From Hydrolagus colliei (Eukaryota): a stretch of 64,000 nucleotides of DNA. This document shows positions 42,589-52,497 of the stretch, one piece after another. The stretch is from contig CM068751.1 of the NCBI GenBank assembly GCA_035084275.1, forward strand, positions 7,440,001 through 7,504,000, read 5' to 3'. Position 1 is the first letter of the stretch, and each line of letters opens with the position of its first letter. The notes beneath the pieces were generated by a model. The model worked only from the letters and a program-made list of their open reading frames with translations. It did not search any database and was not told the DNA's origin. A program made the position numbers and the translations under genes.

Positions 42589-42671
42589 GGTGTGTGTGAG
42601 TGTGTGTGTGTCTCTCTCTCTCTGTCTGTGTGACTGTGTGTGTGTGACTGTGTGTGTGTGTGTGTGTGTGT
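42589..42671. repeat. Compound (GT)n/(CT)n microsatellite abutting the start codon
   Basis: Direct reading of the sequence. Confidence 0.9.
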
Positions 42672-42802
42672 TTTAAACCCCTGTAAATGGAAGAGAGAGC
42701 CTCTCTGTGTAACTGTGGACCGCTGTTTCCCAGTGGGACAGGGACTGGCTGGAGTTGGACAAGTGGTCGCTGGTAGACATTGCAGAGGAGGTGGCTCTGT
42801 AC

Positions 42803-42812
42803 CTGACGTCAG
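42803..42812. promoter_or_regulatory. Full CRE/ATF palindrome CTGACGTCAG
   Basis: Perfect TGACGTCA at 42804-42811, about 215 bp upstream of the ATG, with its CpG retained in a CpG-poor neighbourhood. Confidence 0.45.
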
Positions 42813-42899
42813 TCGTCAGTCAAAGGCTGCAGTCAAAATAGCAGCAACATTTACATTGAAACAGCGAGAGTTGGATGGACTGTAACACATTTCCTTCCT

Positions 42900-42956
42900 C
42901 ACAGGCTCTCTCTCTCTCTTTCGATTCCCCCCCCCCCCCCCCCCACAACCCCCCCA

Positions 42957-42987
<31 letters not shown>

Positions 42988-43300
42988 TGAGTCAGTCAGT
43001 CTGGCATCTCAATGGCTCCAAACCCAACACCCCCCCCCACCCACCCTTCCACTCCACTCCTTTCATTTTCCATCTAAATTAATTTCTCACCCACTCTGTC
43101 TCTCTCTCTCTCTCTGCCCCTCCTCCCCCCCCCCCTCCCCTACTCCATCCCCTCTCTCTCTCTCTCCCCCTCCCACCCCTCTCTCTTTCTCCCCCCACCC
43201 CACCCTCTCTCTCTCTCTCTTTCTCCCCCCCCCCCCCCACTCTCTCCCTGCCTCTCTCTCTCTCTCCTTCTCCCACCCCCCCTCCCCTCCCCACATTACA
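42900..43300. repeat. Long (CT)n/poly-C pyrimidine tract
   Basis: Mostly C/T on the + strand, especially 43090-43292, with several C7-C17 runs. Confidence 0.9.
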
Positions 43301-44229
43301 CCCCATTGATAGGTATGTGCATTCTATTTGCACTATTTAATTGGCAAGAAATGCAGATTAAAAAATATATAAATACAGTATTATCAAAACAGGAGGAGCT
43401 TTGGGGTTTTGTTGTGGGCTTCCAGCAATCGTCCCATGTTATGTTCACAAAGTTTACAACATTAGCTGGGGGGGGGGGGGGGGAAGGAATTAAAAAAAGA
43501 TTTTTGTAGTTTGTTTGAACAAATCACGGCCGGGCTCCCTCCCACAGGACTTGTACAATATAATATAAATGCCAAGGCAGCTTTGGAAAGACATCGTTGC
43601 AAAGTGCAATCCAGTTTAAATAAAAGTGTCTCCAATTGAGTCCCCCCCACCCCCCCAACACACACTAATATTTTTAAAGTGTTTACCCAAAGCTTTGACC
43701 CACTGTTTTTCTATTTAACTTATTGGCTCCTCACTGAAGCTGGGGATCACAGTTAAACCCAGTGGGGACTCGCTCTCACGGTGCCTTTAACACGAGCAGA
43801 GAGGAAATCAAACCGTCAGAACTTTTTGTTTCTTAATCAGGTCCTAACTCACAATGTGACTTGTCCTGGTAACATTGTCCCCCCCACCTTCCCCACTCTC
43901 TCAAACAGGTACATTTAACTGTGTAGTACAGATTATTTCAGCTACCTGCCCAGCCAGCAAACAAGGATTACTGATTTATTTACTTACTTAGTTAGTTACT
44001 TCACCCAGGACTGACAGACAGTTACTTTCATCCTTTTATTATTTTTTTTCCTCCAGTGCTACTTATAAATATTTCAGCAAAGTCTGCGTTGTGGCATTGG
44101 TAGTCAGGTTGGTGTGTATGTATGTATGTGTGTGTGTATGTCTGTGAGAGTGTGGACATTGTCAATACAGTTGTATAAACCCACGATGCACTCAGGCTAC
44201 ACAGGCAGGCAATACACATAGCATTCCGT

Positions 44230-44455
44230 CAGAGAGACAGGGAGAGAGAGAGAGAGAAAAAGAAAGAAAGTGGGAAAGGAGATGGAAGAAAGAGATGGAA
44301 AGGAGAGAGGGAGGGATGGAGAGGGAGGGAGGAGAGGGAGGGAGGGAGGGAGGAGAGGGAGGGAGGAGGGATGGAGAGGGAGGGAGGAGGGGGAGGGGAG
44401 GAGAGGGGGATAGAGAAAGAGGGAGAGTTAGAAAAAGAGAGACGGAGAGAAAGAG
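44230..44455. repeat. Long (GA)n/(GGAG)n purine tract
   Basis: About 220 bp of almost pure G/A on the + strand. Confidence 0.9.
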
Positions 44456-45074
44456 ATGTGGTGTCTGTTTAACAACCCACAGCATCCATTCGTGCCACAA
44501 ATGCCCCCGACTCTATCGTGATGCTGTGAGACTGTATTTTAGGTGCATTTTATTGGGAATTTGTTGCTTGAAATATCCCCCCACCCCCTCCTCTCTCCCC
44601 CCCCCCCCCCCCCCACACACACACAGTCCCCCTCTCTCCCCATGATTGTGTAATAACTTTTTTTCACTTGGTCTCTGATGGGAGGTTTATCACAGTGAGT
44701 GATTTGATGATGATGTGTGTGTGTGTGTGGCTGGCAGTCCAGGCAACTGTAGTCAGTTAGCTTTGATTTCATCTCACCAGATCTATCTCCTCGAGTGTTT
44801 TCTTGCACGCTTGCAGTCTGGGTACAGGGTTGGTATGAACACGACTTGCTGGGGGAGGGAGTGAGGGACACACAGATCAGCTTTCTTTCCCCCCCCCCCC
44901 CACAAAATAATATACATTTATCCAGGTTTAGTGACTCACAGCCTGACCCACCAGCGCCACTGTGCGGAATCGTTCAGGTAAAACATATTCAATACATAAA
45001 GAATTACTCCTGGATTAAGGCGAACTCTTTGTTTTGTACCGTCTGATCAAACCAGACGACAGTCATCCAAGTAC

Positions 45075-45392
45075 TAATCCCTGCATTTGATACAGCGGTT
45101 TCCACATCTTCGAGACGTCTCGAAGCGCTTCACGGAACACGCTGTAAAGTGAGCGTATATATTTGTGGGCGAAAGGCGGCGGCCAATCGCGCACGGCCGC
45201 GTCCCCACGAACAGCCGTTGGATTGAAATGAGCAAATTTTTTTTAAAAAATAAACAATTCTTGAGGGATTATTATCAGGCGTGTGCGCGTGTGCGGAGTA
45301 AGGAAAGTTACACGAGCCTTCGCCCCGCGGGGATCAAACCCCGGGCTTTTGCTTGCGAGGCGAGTGCTCTAACCACTGAGCTGCGGGACCCC
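45075..45392 (-). mobile_element. Full-length SINE copy of the same family, unusually GC/CpG-rich
   Basis: Reverse complement begins GGGGTCCCGCAGCTCAGTGGTTAGAGCACTCGCC and ends CAAATGCAGGGATTA. Colinear with the other copies. Confidence 0.88.
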
Positions 45393-45659
45393 GCGGGCCC
45401 TGTGGTTTTACGACCTGATAAAACCAGATGAGATACCACGAGGAAAGTGTTGGCGGAGGTTCGGCGTTAGCGTATTAACGATGCGTCAGTTTACAGCGTG
45501 TGTCTGTCTCTGTAAAATGCAGCCCTTCGAGCGCCGCACCCGTTTTTAAACCACGACACTTCCCTTGGTTTATTGTCGTGGGATAAACGCGGAAATTCAC
45601 TGTGGAGGTGGGACGCACGGAATTCTCAGCTGGGTTTGGCTACTCTCGAAGATGGGAAT

Positions 45660-45737
45660 GATAATAAATAAATAATCCTTACATTTGATATTGCTTTTCT
45701 CGTCTTCTAGACACATCTTAAAGCGCTTCACAGAATC
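45660..45737 (-). mobile_element. SINE tail fragment
   Basis: AATAATCCTTACATTTGATAT...CGTCTTCTAGAC...AAGCGCTTCACAGAAT. Confidence 0.75.
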
Positions 45738-47527
45738 TAATCTAATAGTGATGGGTTTCTGCATGTGTCAGGCATATGGCTGAACCCCCCCACATAGCCC
45801 CCCCCCCCCCCCCACCCCCCTCCCCCTCCCCCCACAGTCAGCCCTTTTTTTCACTACTATCCTCACTAACAAGTTTTTTTTAATAGCAATACCTCGCCAT
45901 CAATTTAGACGTTCATCTCCCATTCAGTAGATTGATTTGTCAGCTGAGCTTTTTTCCTTTTTCCATTGTGGTATGGTAGTCTCACAAAGATTGTTCAAAG
46001 TGTTGTACAACACACTCGTATTAGTGTCTGTGGTAGTAACTTATTTTGATATTAGCGATCCTTCATCTGTTTCATCGATTCTAGGCTCTCTTATTTGGGC
46101 AGCAATCCCTTTTGATAAAGGTTCATTCATAAGCTGATCTGATAGAAAAATACGTGAGAGAAAGATGTATTGGTTGGATCATTATTTTGGAAACACACAA
46201 TGGGCAATTTAGGTGTTTATAAACCATCTACAGTACAGTACTAATATAGGAAATCCTACCATGAAAGTTACTGTTTCAATTTATTATTTTTGTCAAACTC
46301 GTGAACAATTTGTAGTCTGATTTACCAAAGCGGTGTTAGTTGGATATCTCTGGAGGATTTTCTCCCCCCACCCCATTTGAATATTCCTGAATTTAAATCT
46401 GGCGCTTTTGTGTAAGGGGATGATTGAAGACCATCAAATAAACAGTGCAAATGTTCCTCTTTATGTCGCAGTGGTTTGGAAGACGGCAGGTTATTTACTG
46501 GGACACAAATGAAGGCTCATTCCATGCATCTCTTTATTATGCTTTCACTTGCCCATTGTTCTACGTGTGGCCAAATGGCCTCCTCCTCATTTCTCTCCAT
46601 CTCCGTGGCAGTCCTGTGCTGTCAGCTAGTGACAGGCACCAGCCCAGCAGGCTGCTTTGTCAATGCTCAGGCCTTACCCCCCCCAGCACATCCCTGAATA
46701 TGAATGAAAAAAAGAAAAGAAGCACAAAAGTGCTTCTCTGAGTATGCAATCTCGCAATCCTCCAAATGTCACAGAGAGACACTCACTTTATTCAATGTTG
46801 GTTGCACCCACTTGGCTGCTTAACACCTACACATTTGACCCTGTGGTCCTCTCCCAAACTGCATTCCATTGCCTGAGGAATGTGAGTACAGTTGTCACAT
46901 CACTGGGAAGCTGTCTGAAATAAGCACATCAGTTTTGATGATAGATAGTCGAAAGAGCATGTTTTATTTTTAAATGCTATTTTGGAATCAATAGATTTAT
47001 ATATATATATATAGATAGATAGATATTGTATTTCACTTAGCAGAGAACAAAATAGCTAACCTTTCACCTGACTGTTTTTATTTTACAAATATTTAGTTTT
47101 TTTTACAATAAATTGTTATCTAAACATCGCAGTACAGATCCTGTCTTATCAATTATTAGTGATTACAGGTTCACAATGTTTAGCAGTTGTGAGTGCTTCC
47201 ATGTAACACACCACATGATGTTTCCAAACAGAAAACTTTGGTATAATTTAGATAAGTCAATCACAACTAGGATTCGTTTTGTAAACATTCTGTAATGTAT
47301 TTCTGCACACCTCAAATTAGAACAGTCTTTGATACTTTGAAATGAACATGTGTATTATATTAGTTTGTTTTCTGTATAATAATGAGCCAGTGCATGATTG
47401 CATTTATTTTTAAGCTGCAGTTACATCGCACTCATCAGTTTTACACTGTAATGAGTGGGAGCGCATGATGAATGTTAACACTGAGCTAAACTTGATTCAG
47501 CCAAAACTACTTTTCGTAAGATCAAAT

Positions 47528-47790
47528 GATAATAATAATAATCCTTGCATTTGATGTAGCACTTTTCACGTCTTTTAGACGTCTCAAAGCGCTTCCCAGA
47601 ATATTCCGTAAAGCGAATTGACTGTAGATTTATGGGCGAAACGCAGCAGACAATTGTGCGCAGCAGTGTCCCACAAACACTGGATTAAAATTTTTATTAT
47701 TGTGGTTTTCTTTGGATGGATTATTATTAGGCGCGTGGAGTAAGGAAACTTGCTCAAGGTTTCGCCCTGATCTGCCTGGAAGGGCGAAGC
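47528..47790 (-). mobile_element. 5'-truncated SINE copy
   Basis: (AAT)nCCTTGCATTTGAT...GTGTCCCACAAAC...GGAGTAAGGAAACTTGC, the reverse complement of the family body and tail. Confidence 0.88.
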
Positions 47791-49380
47791 ATGAAGAAGG
47801 GGGTCCTCAGTACACAAAAACACTTGTCATCAAATCCATTTCTCCCAAAGACCACTGGAAGCTGAATTTAATGAAATCTAGATTTTTCCCTGTCCCTCAA
47901 AGGTAAATACTTCGAAACTTAAGAGAAGATCTAACAAGCCATACATTATGTAACCTTGACTGTATGTATTCTTTAGTTCAACACTGCTCCGTTTCAGCTC
48001 AGGAAACAGTTTGCTCCTCGTAGCATTTGATTCTCCAAGCTGTACATTTCCTTATAACACCCCCAATCCTATTCCCATCAGATTTTGTGGCCAGCTCTTT
48101 TCTGAAAATATATGCGTGCATAGAATCAAATGTACTGGAAGATTATAATATGAATGTAGTAAAGTAGTTCAAAAATCCAGTATAATAAATACAATGTTTA
48201 AAACATTGCACGGTGGGAAAATCTTTTTTTTAAAGTTTTTTTTCTATCTCTTTTATTAACATTCTTTAAAATCTTGTAAAGTAGATAAATACATTGGTGA
48301 ACCATGATGTACATAATTTCATTGGGGATATGGCCCCAAACTGGTCCTTGACAAAAGCAACGTTTTTTTTTGTATCTTATTAACGTGATCAGTGAAATTA
48401 CCTAAGAGAACTTACTGCTGTAGAATTTGCTTATCGTTTTGGAAGAAATACCAAACATCTGGTAACTGAAATAATCGTAACTTTATCCACTAAATATCTC
48501 TTGGACAGAACAGAAACATTTTTTTTCAAGAACAATGCTAAACTAATGGCATTTTGGGGGGGTAATGTTTATACTGCAGTTTGCTGTTATGTCTATGCAC
48601 TGCTGAAATCATATTACAGAAAGATTTCCTATGTGGTGTTCATAGAGTTTGCCCAGGCGCTATGTCTGAAATAAGACAGATATAAGCAAGGCTGGAAAGT
48701 AAGTGAAGTCTCACTGGGTCAAGAAAATATAATCTGACCTAGTAAGCAGGATCTGTTCACAGCTTTATGAATTTAATAGATTTCAGCCGGGTGCCTTAAT
48801 AAGTTTGCTACTGTGTGTTTGGCTTGGCAATCGCTAGCAGTTTGTGGATCTATTTTGGAGGGGGGGAAAAAATGTTTTGTAAAACATTGCCAGCATTTTA
48901 ATTCCTCTACAATTGTTTTGTCATTTTATTCTACTAATTTACTATTCTTCCTGCCCTAGTCTACCTACTATTCTAGTTATTTACCATTTATAACAACAAT
49001 CTGCATTTATACAGTGCCCCTCACACAAGATAGAGTTCCAGAATGTTACATTTGTAATGTGTAATTGAAAATTTGTAATGTTCCCACCACCAACATTTCA
49101 AGATCACTTTTAGCCTCGGAAATATAAGATTTTACATCTTCGTTGCCTACAGGAGATTTAAATGAATGAATAAAATTAATGAAATTGAATATGTGGCTCT
49201 TTGCCTGGTTGCTGTTAAGAAGAACATTGGGTTTTTCAAATTTGAATGAAAAGGAAAATAAAGTTTGATTTTAAAAATAAATAAATAAAAATTTTAGCAA
49301 CCTGAGATGTATGCATGTATCAAAAATGGTCTGTTCAATAAAAAGCATAGGCTTCAAACTTGCCTGTCAAGTTTAGTTTT

Positions 49381-49666
49381 GGTTAGAGCATGTTACAAAC
49401 ATGAGACCTGTGTTCGAATCCAGGCAGGTCAGGGCGAAACCTTGGGCAAGTTTCCTTACTCCACATACCTAATAATAATTCCCCCCCAAAAAACACAATA
49501 CTGTAATAAAATTGGTCATTTCAATTCACAACTGTTTGTGGGATATTGCTGTGCGCAATTGGCTGCTGCGTTTCGCCCACAAATATACAGTATATTCTTT
49601 ACAGTATATTCTGTGAAGTGCTTTGAGACGTCTAGAAGACATCCATCAAATGCAGGGATTATTATT
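49381..49666 (+). mobile_element. Near full-length SINE copy (head partly deleted)
   Basis: GGTTAGAGCA...GACCTGTGTTCGAATCCAGGCAGG, body and AAATGCAGGGATTATT tail. Confidence 0.88.
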
Positions 49667-51879
49667 CCAATGTATTTATTACAATTAAGATACCATGTTG
49701 GGGTGTCACAGAGCAACACCAGTATTGTGGTTTGTTTCAGTGTTGTTGGTGGGTGAGCATAATGCATCCATCATGATCAAATATCACCATCTAATACCAC
49801 AGATCAAGTGATAAGTCCAGGCAGGTAATTAGGTAAGGTCTTGGCTTAGCTAGAAAATGAATCAGTGAATTTCCTCGCCCTCCCCTCCACCCCCTCCACC
49901 GCACGAGTGAAAGAGATATTTCAAGCCGAAAGGTCAACATTTTGGATGAACGTTGGCAAAGCATTTCATTCCAACTCTTTTGGAACGCAATGGTAGTTAG
50001 AGAGAATTGGAATGCTGTTGCGCTGAAAATGGCTAGAAAATAAAATGGTTCAGTGGTTTAGGTTTTGACAATCAAAGATGCATGTGCCACAAAATGTCCC
50101 CGTGAATGACGTTTTTGTTGAATTCAGTTATGCTCATAGACCACATCAGGAGGTCTATAAATGAGAAAAAAAAAGCATTAAGAAATGGAAACCATATGTA
50201 GGTTTGTTTGGTGAAGCAACATAGATAAGTTTGACATGCCAATTTATTATTTCAGATAATCAGCCTGACATGTCTCTTGGAAAAAAAAACCCGATGCTTT
50301 ATTTGTTTTTGATTCATTACATTTTAGCTTTTATGTTTTGTAATCACATACAACCACTCCGCAATGTATGATTACATTGTAAACAACAAATGTCAAATCC
50401 AAGTCCTGTTTTAAAGTTTCGCCGCAATCCTCTTACTTGTGCTTTTGCAGAGCTTTTAAAATAATAAACTTGACTCGCACGGGTACATAGCAAGTCCTGA
50501 CTCTGAAGTCTCATTTATGCCCATTTGTGGTGCTGTAAGCGATTTGTTATAATTTCTGAACATGAAATCATTAGAAGTGGCAAATCAGGTTTATACATGC
50601 CATTTCTCAATTAATCGTGGAGGTGGGGATGGAGCTTAGGGCTGATCAGAGCTCCGCAAAGGTAAGAGTTGAATGCTAGTTTGTGGAACTGGGAATGAGA
50701 CTGGATCTTTTAATTACAGTTAAAAGCTACAAGACAAGCTGTCCGGCGTAAAATACGCTATTTAAATGCAAGTTCTTGTTGTTGCAAAGATGCTCCCTTA
50801 AAGTGATTGACCACCCAGGGATGTTTAATGCATGTTTGAGCTAAAACTGAGTTGGTTTGTTACCCCTGCTTTTAATACACAAGCAAAGTGAACCAATGTC
50901 CAGTTGAAACCACATCATCGACGCAGTCTGAACAGCTAGACTCCCAAGCGAATCAAAACATCTGAAGCCCAAGTTACTCTGTGTTTTATTCTGTGAAAAT
51001 ACAAAGAAGAAACTAGGTACAGTATTCTTCTCTCGTTCCCCGCATGTACAATTGGGGGGAAAAAACACGAAGCAACAACAGTAGTAAGTAGTTGACTTTG
51101 TAATTGGTGAAGACTTGATATTGGCAATTCAGTAAACAAGTGGCAATTACTTGTTATTTCAAGGACACCATTTCAGATAAAAAGCTGAGTTGTTGAAGTT
51201 CGAGTCTGTAACTGACAGAAACAAGCACTCCAAAATAAGGAAACCAGTTGACTAATTTTATCTTCAAAGGACGCTGCTTTAGAGTTGATCCAGAACTAAA
51301 CATATATTTTTCCTTTGGTATTCTTTTATCTCTCTGGTCATTGTTTACTGCAGGATCTCTCAACACCAAATGTTTCCCTCTGTTTGAAGGGTGGGAAGTT
51401 TGGTTTATAGACTTGCCTATAACTACCGTATATTGTTGCAGGTCTGTCATTAGAACATTTAGTGGTTTGAGTTGTACAGTGAGTACAGTAATAAGTACCA
51501 CTCCCTGTCCACATCAGACAGTGTAGAGCATCCCCCCACATCAAGGCAATGCAGCAGGCTGATGTAGAAGTGCGCAAATCTTTCAATAAGAAATTTCAAT
51601 TGATAGGGCAGGCAGCATTGGGATGAAAACACAAGAGTCCTGAGTGTGAGGCAGGTATTTTGTATGGGATTGTCCTGCTGCAAATCCTAATGCTTATGAT
51701 TATTGGCTTCTATTTTGAGGTTATTAAGTTGCTCTATGTTCTATGGATCGTACAGCCAATATGACTACTGCAATGATGGCCTGGAATTGATATGAAGCCT
51801 GATTTGCTTGGCAATCAATGCTCCACTGCCTCGAACGCCAGTTACCACAAGCAATGCCTTGGCTTAACTTGGTGACACT

Positions 51880-52189
51880 GGAGCCCTGTAGCTCAGTGGT
51901 TAGAGCACTCGTCTTGCAAGCAAGAAACCTGGGTTCAATTCCAGGCAGGGCGAAACCTTGGGCAAGTTTCCTTACTCCACACGCCTGATAATAATCCGTC
52001 AAAAAACGGTAAGAAATTGGTCACTTCAATCCACCATTGTTTGTGCAACACTGCTGTATGCAATTGGCTGCCATTTTTCGCCCACAAATATATACAGTCA
52101 ATTCACTTTACAGCATATTCTGTGAAACACTTTGGATGTCCAGAAAGACGTGAAAAGCGCTATAACAAATGCAAAGATTATTATTATTA
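51880..52189 (+). mobile_element. Full-length tRNA-derived SINE (young family, L2-type tail)
   Basis: Box A TAGCTCAGTGG, box B GGTTCAATTCC, body GGGCAAGTTTCCTTACTCCAC...GCAATTGGCTGCC, tail AAATGCAAAG(ATT)n. Homologous to the copies at 55242 and 61685. Confidence 0.9.
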
Positions 52190-52352
52190 CACAAGTGAAC
52201 ATTTTTACTAACCTTTGCATGCGCATGTAATTCTTTCTCACTACTGAACTCCACTGAAAAGGAATGGAAATTTGCATTGTAGGACAAATCAGATGCAGAT
52301 GATCAGATGCAGAGCTGATTTTAATCAGCATGTTCGAACAACACTCTTTGTA

Positions 52353-52497
52353 CAAAATGCAAAATACTGCAGATGCTGGAAATTCGAAACAAAAAAACAG
52401 ACGTGGCTGGGAACGCTACACTCAGCAGGTCAGGCAGCATCTATGGAAAAAGGAAGGTGAGCCAACGTTTCAGCTCCAAGACCCGTCTTCAGAACAG
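52353..52497 (-). mobile_element. Penelope-like pLTR fragment with hammerhead-like core
   Basis: Reverse complement CTGAAGACGGGTCTTGGAGCTGAAACGTTGGCTCAC...ATAGATGCTGCCTGACCTGCTGAGT...TTTCCAGCATCTGCAGTATTTTG is colinear with 5144-5272. Confidence 0.6.

Larger units (their letters stand above)
42589..44900 (-). promoter_or_regulatory. Putative 5'UTR/promoter region of the EphA4-type gene; microsatellite- and homopurine/homopyrimidine-rich
   Basis: Immediately upstream of the start codon. Contains (CA)n next to the Kozak, a CRE palindrome, a long (CT)n/poly-C tract (42900-43300) and a (GA/GGA)n tract (44230-44455). The TSS cannot be fixed from sequence alone. Confidence 0.55.

Noticed and set aside
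42875-44645. Pro/Ser/Leu-rich and Gly/Glu/Arg-rich ORFs of 69-144 aa
   Set aside because: Translations of low-complexity CT/GA tracts that lack stop codons.
47450-47465. GAGTGGGAG Krox20/Egr-like site (EphA4 is a Krox20 target)
   Set aside because: A single degenerate site. Similar 9-mers occur elsewhere, including inside the CR1, and no cluster was seen.
49307-49756. 149-aa ORF, and ORFs with similar peptides at 45165, 47584, 55293 and 61731
   Set aside because: The similarity comes from the shared non-coding SINE sequence, and frames and stops are not conserved.
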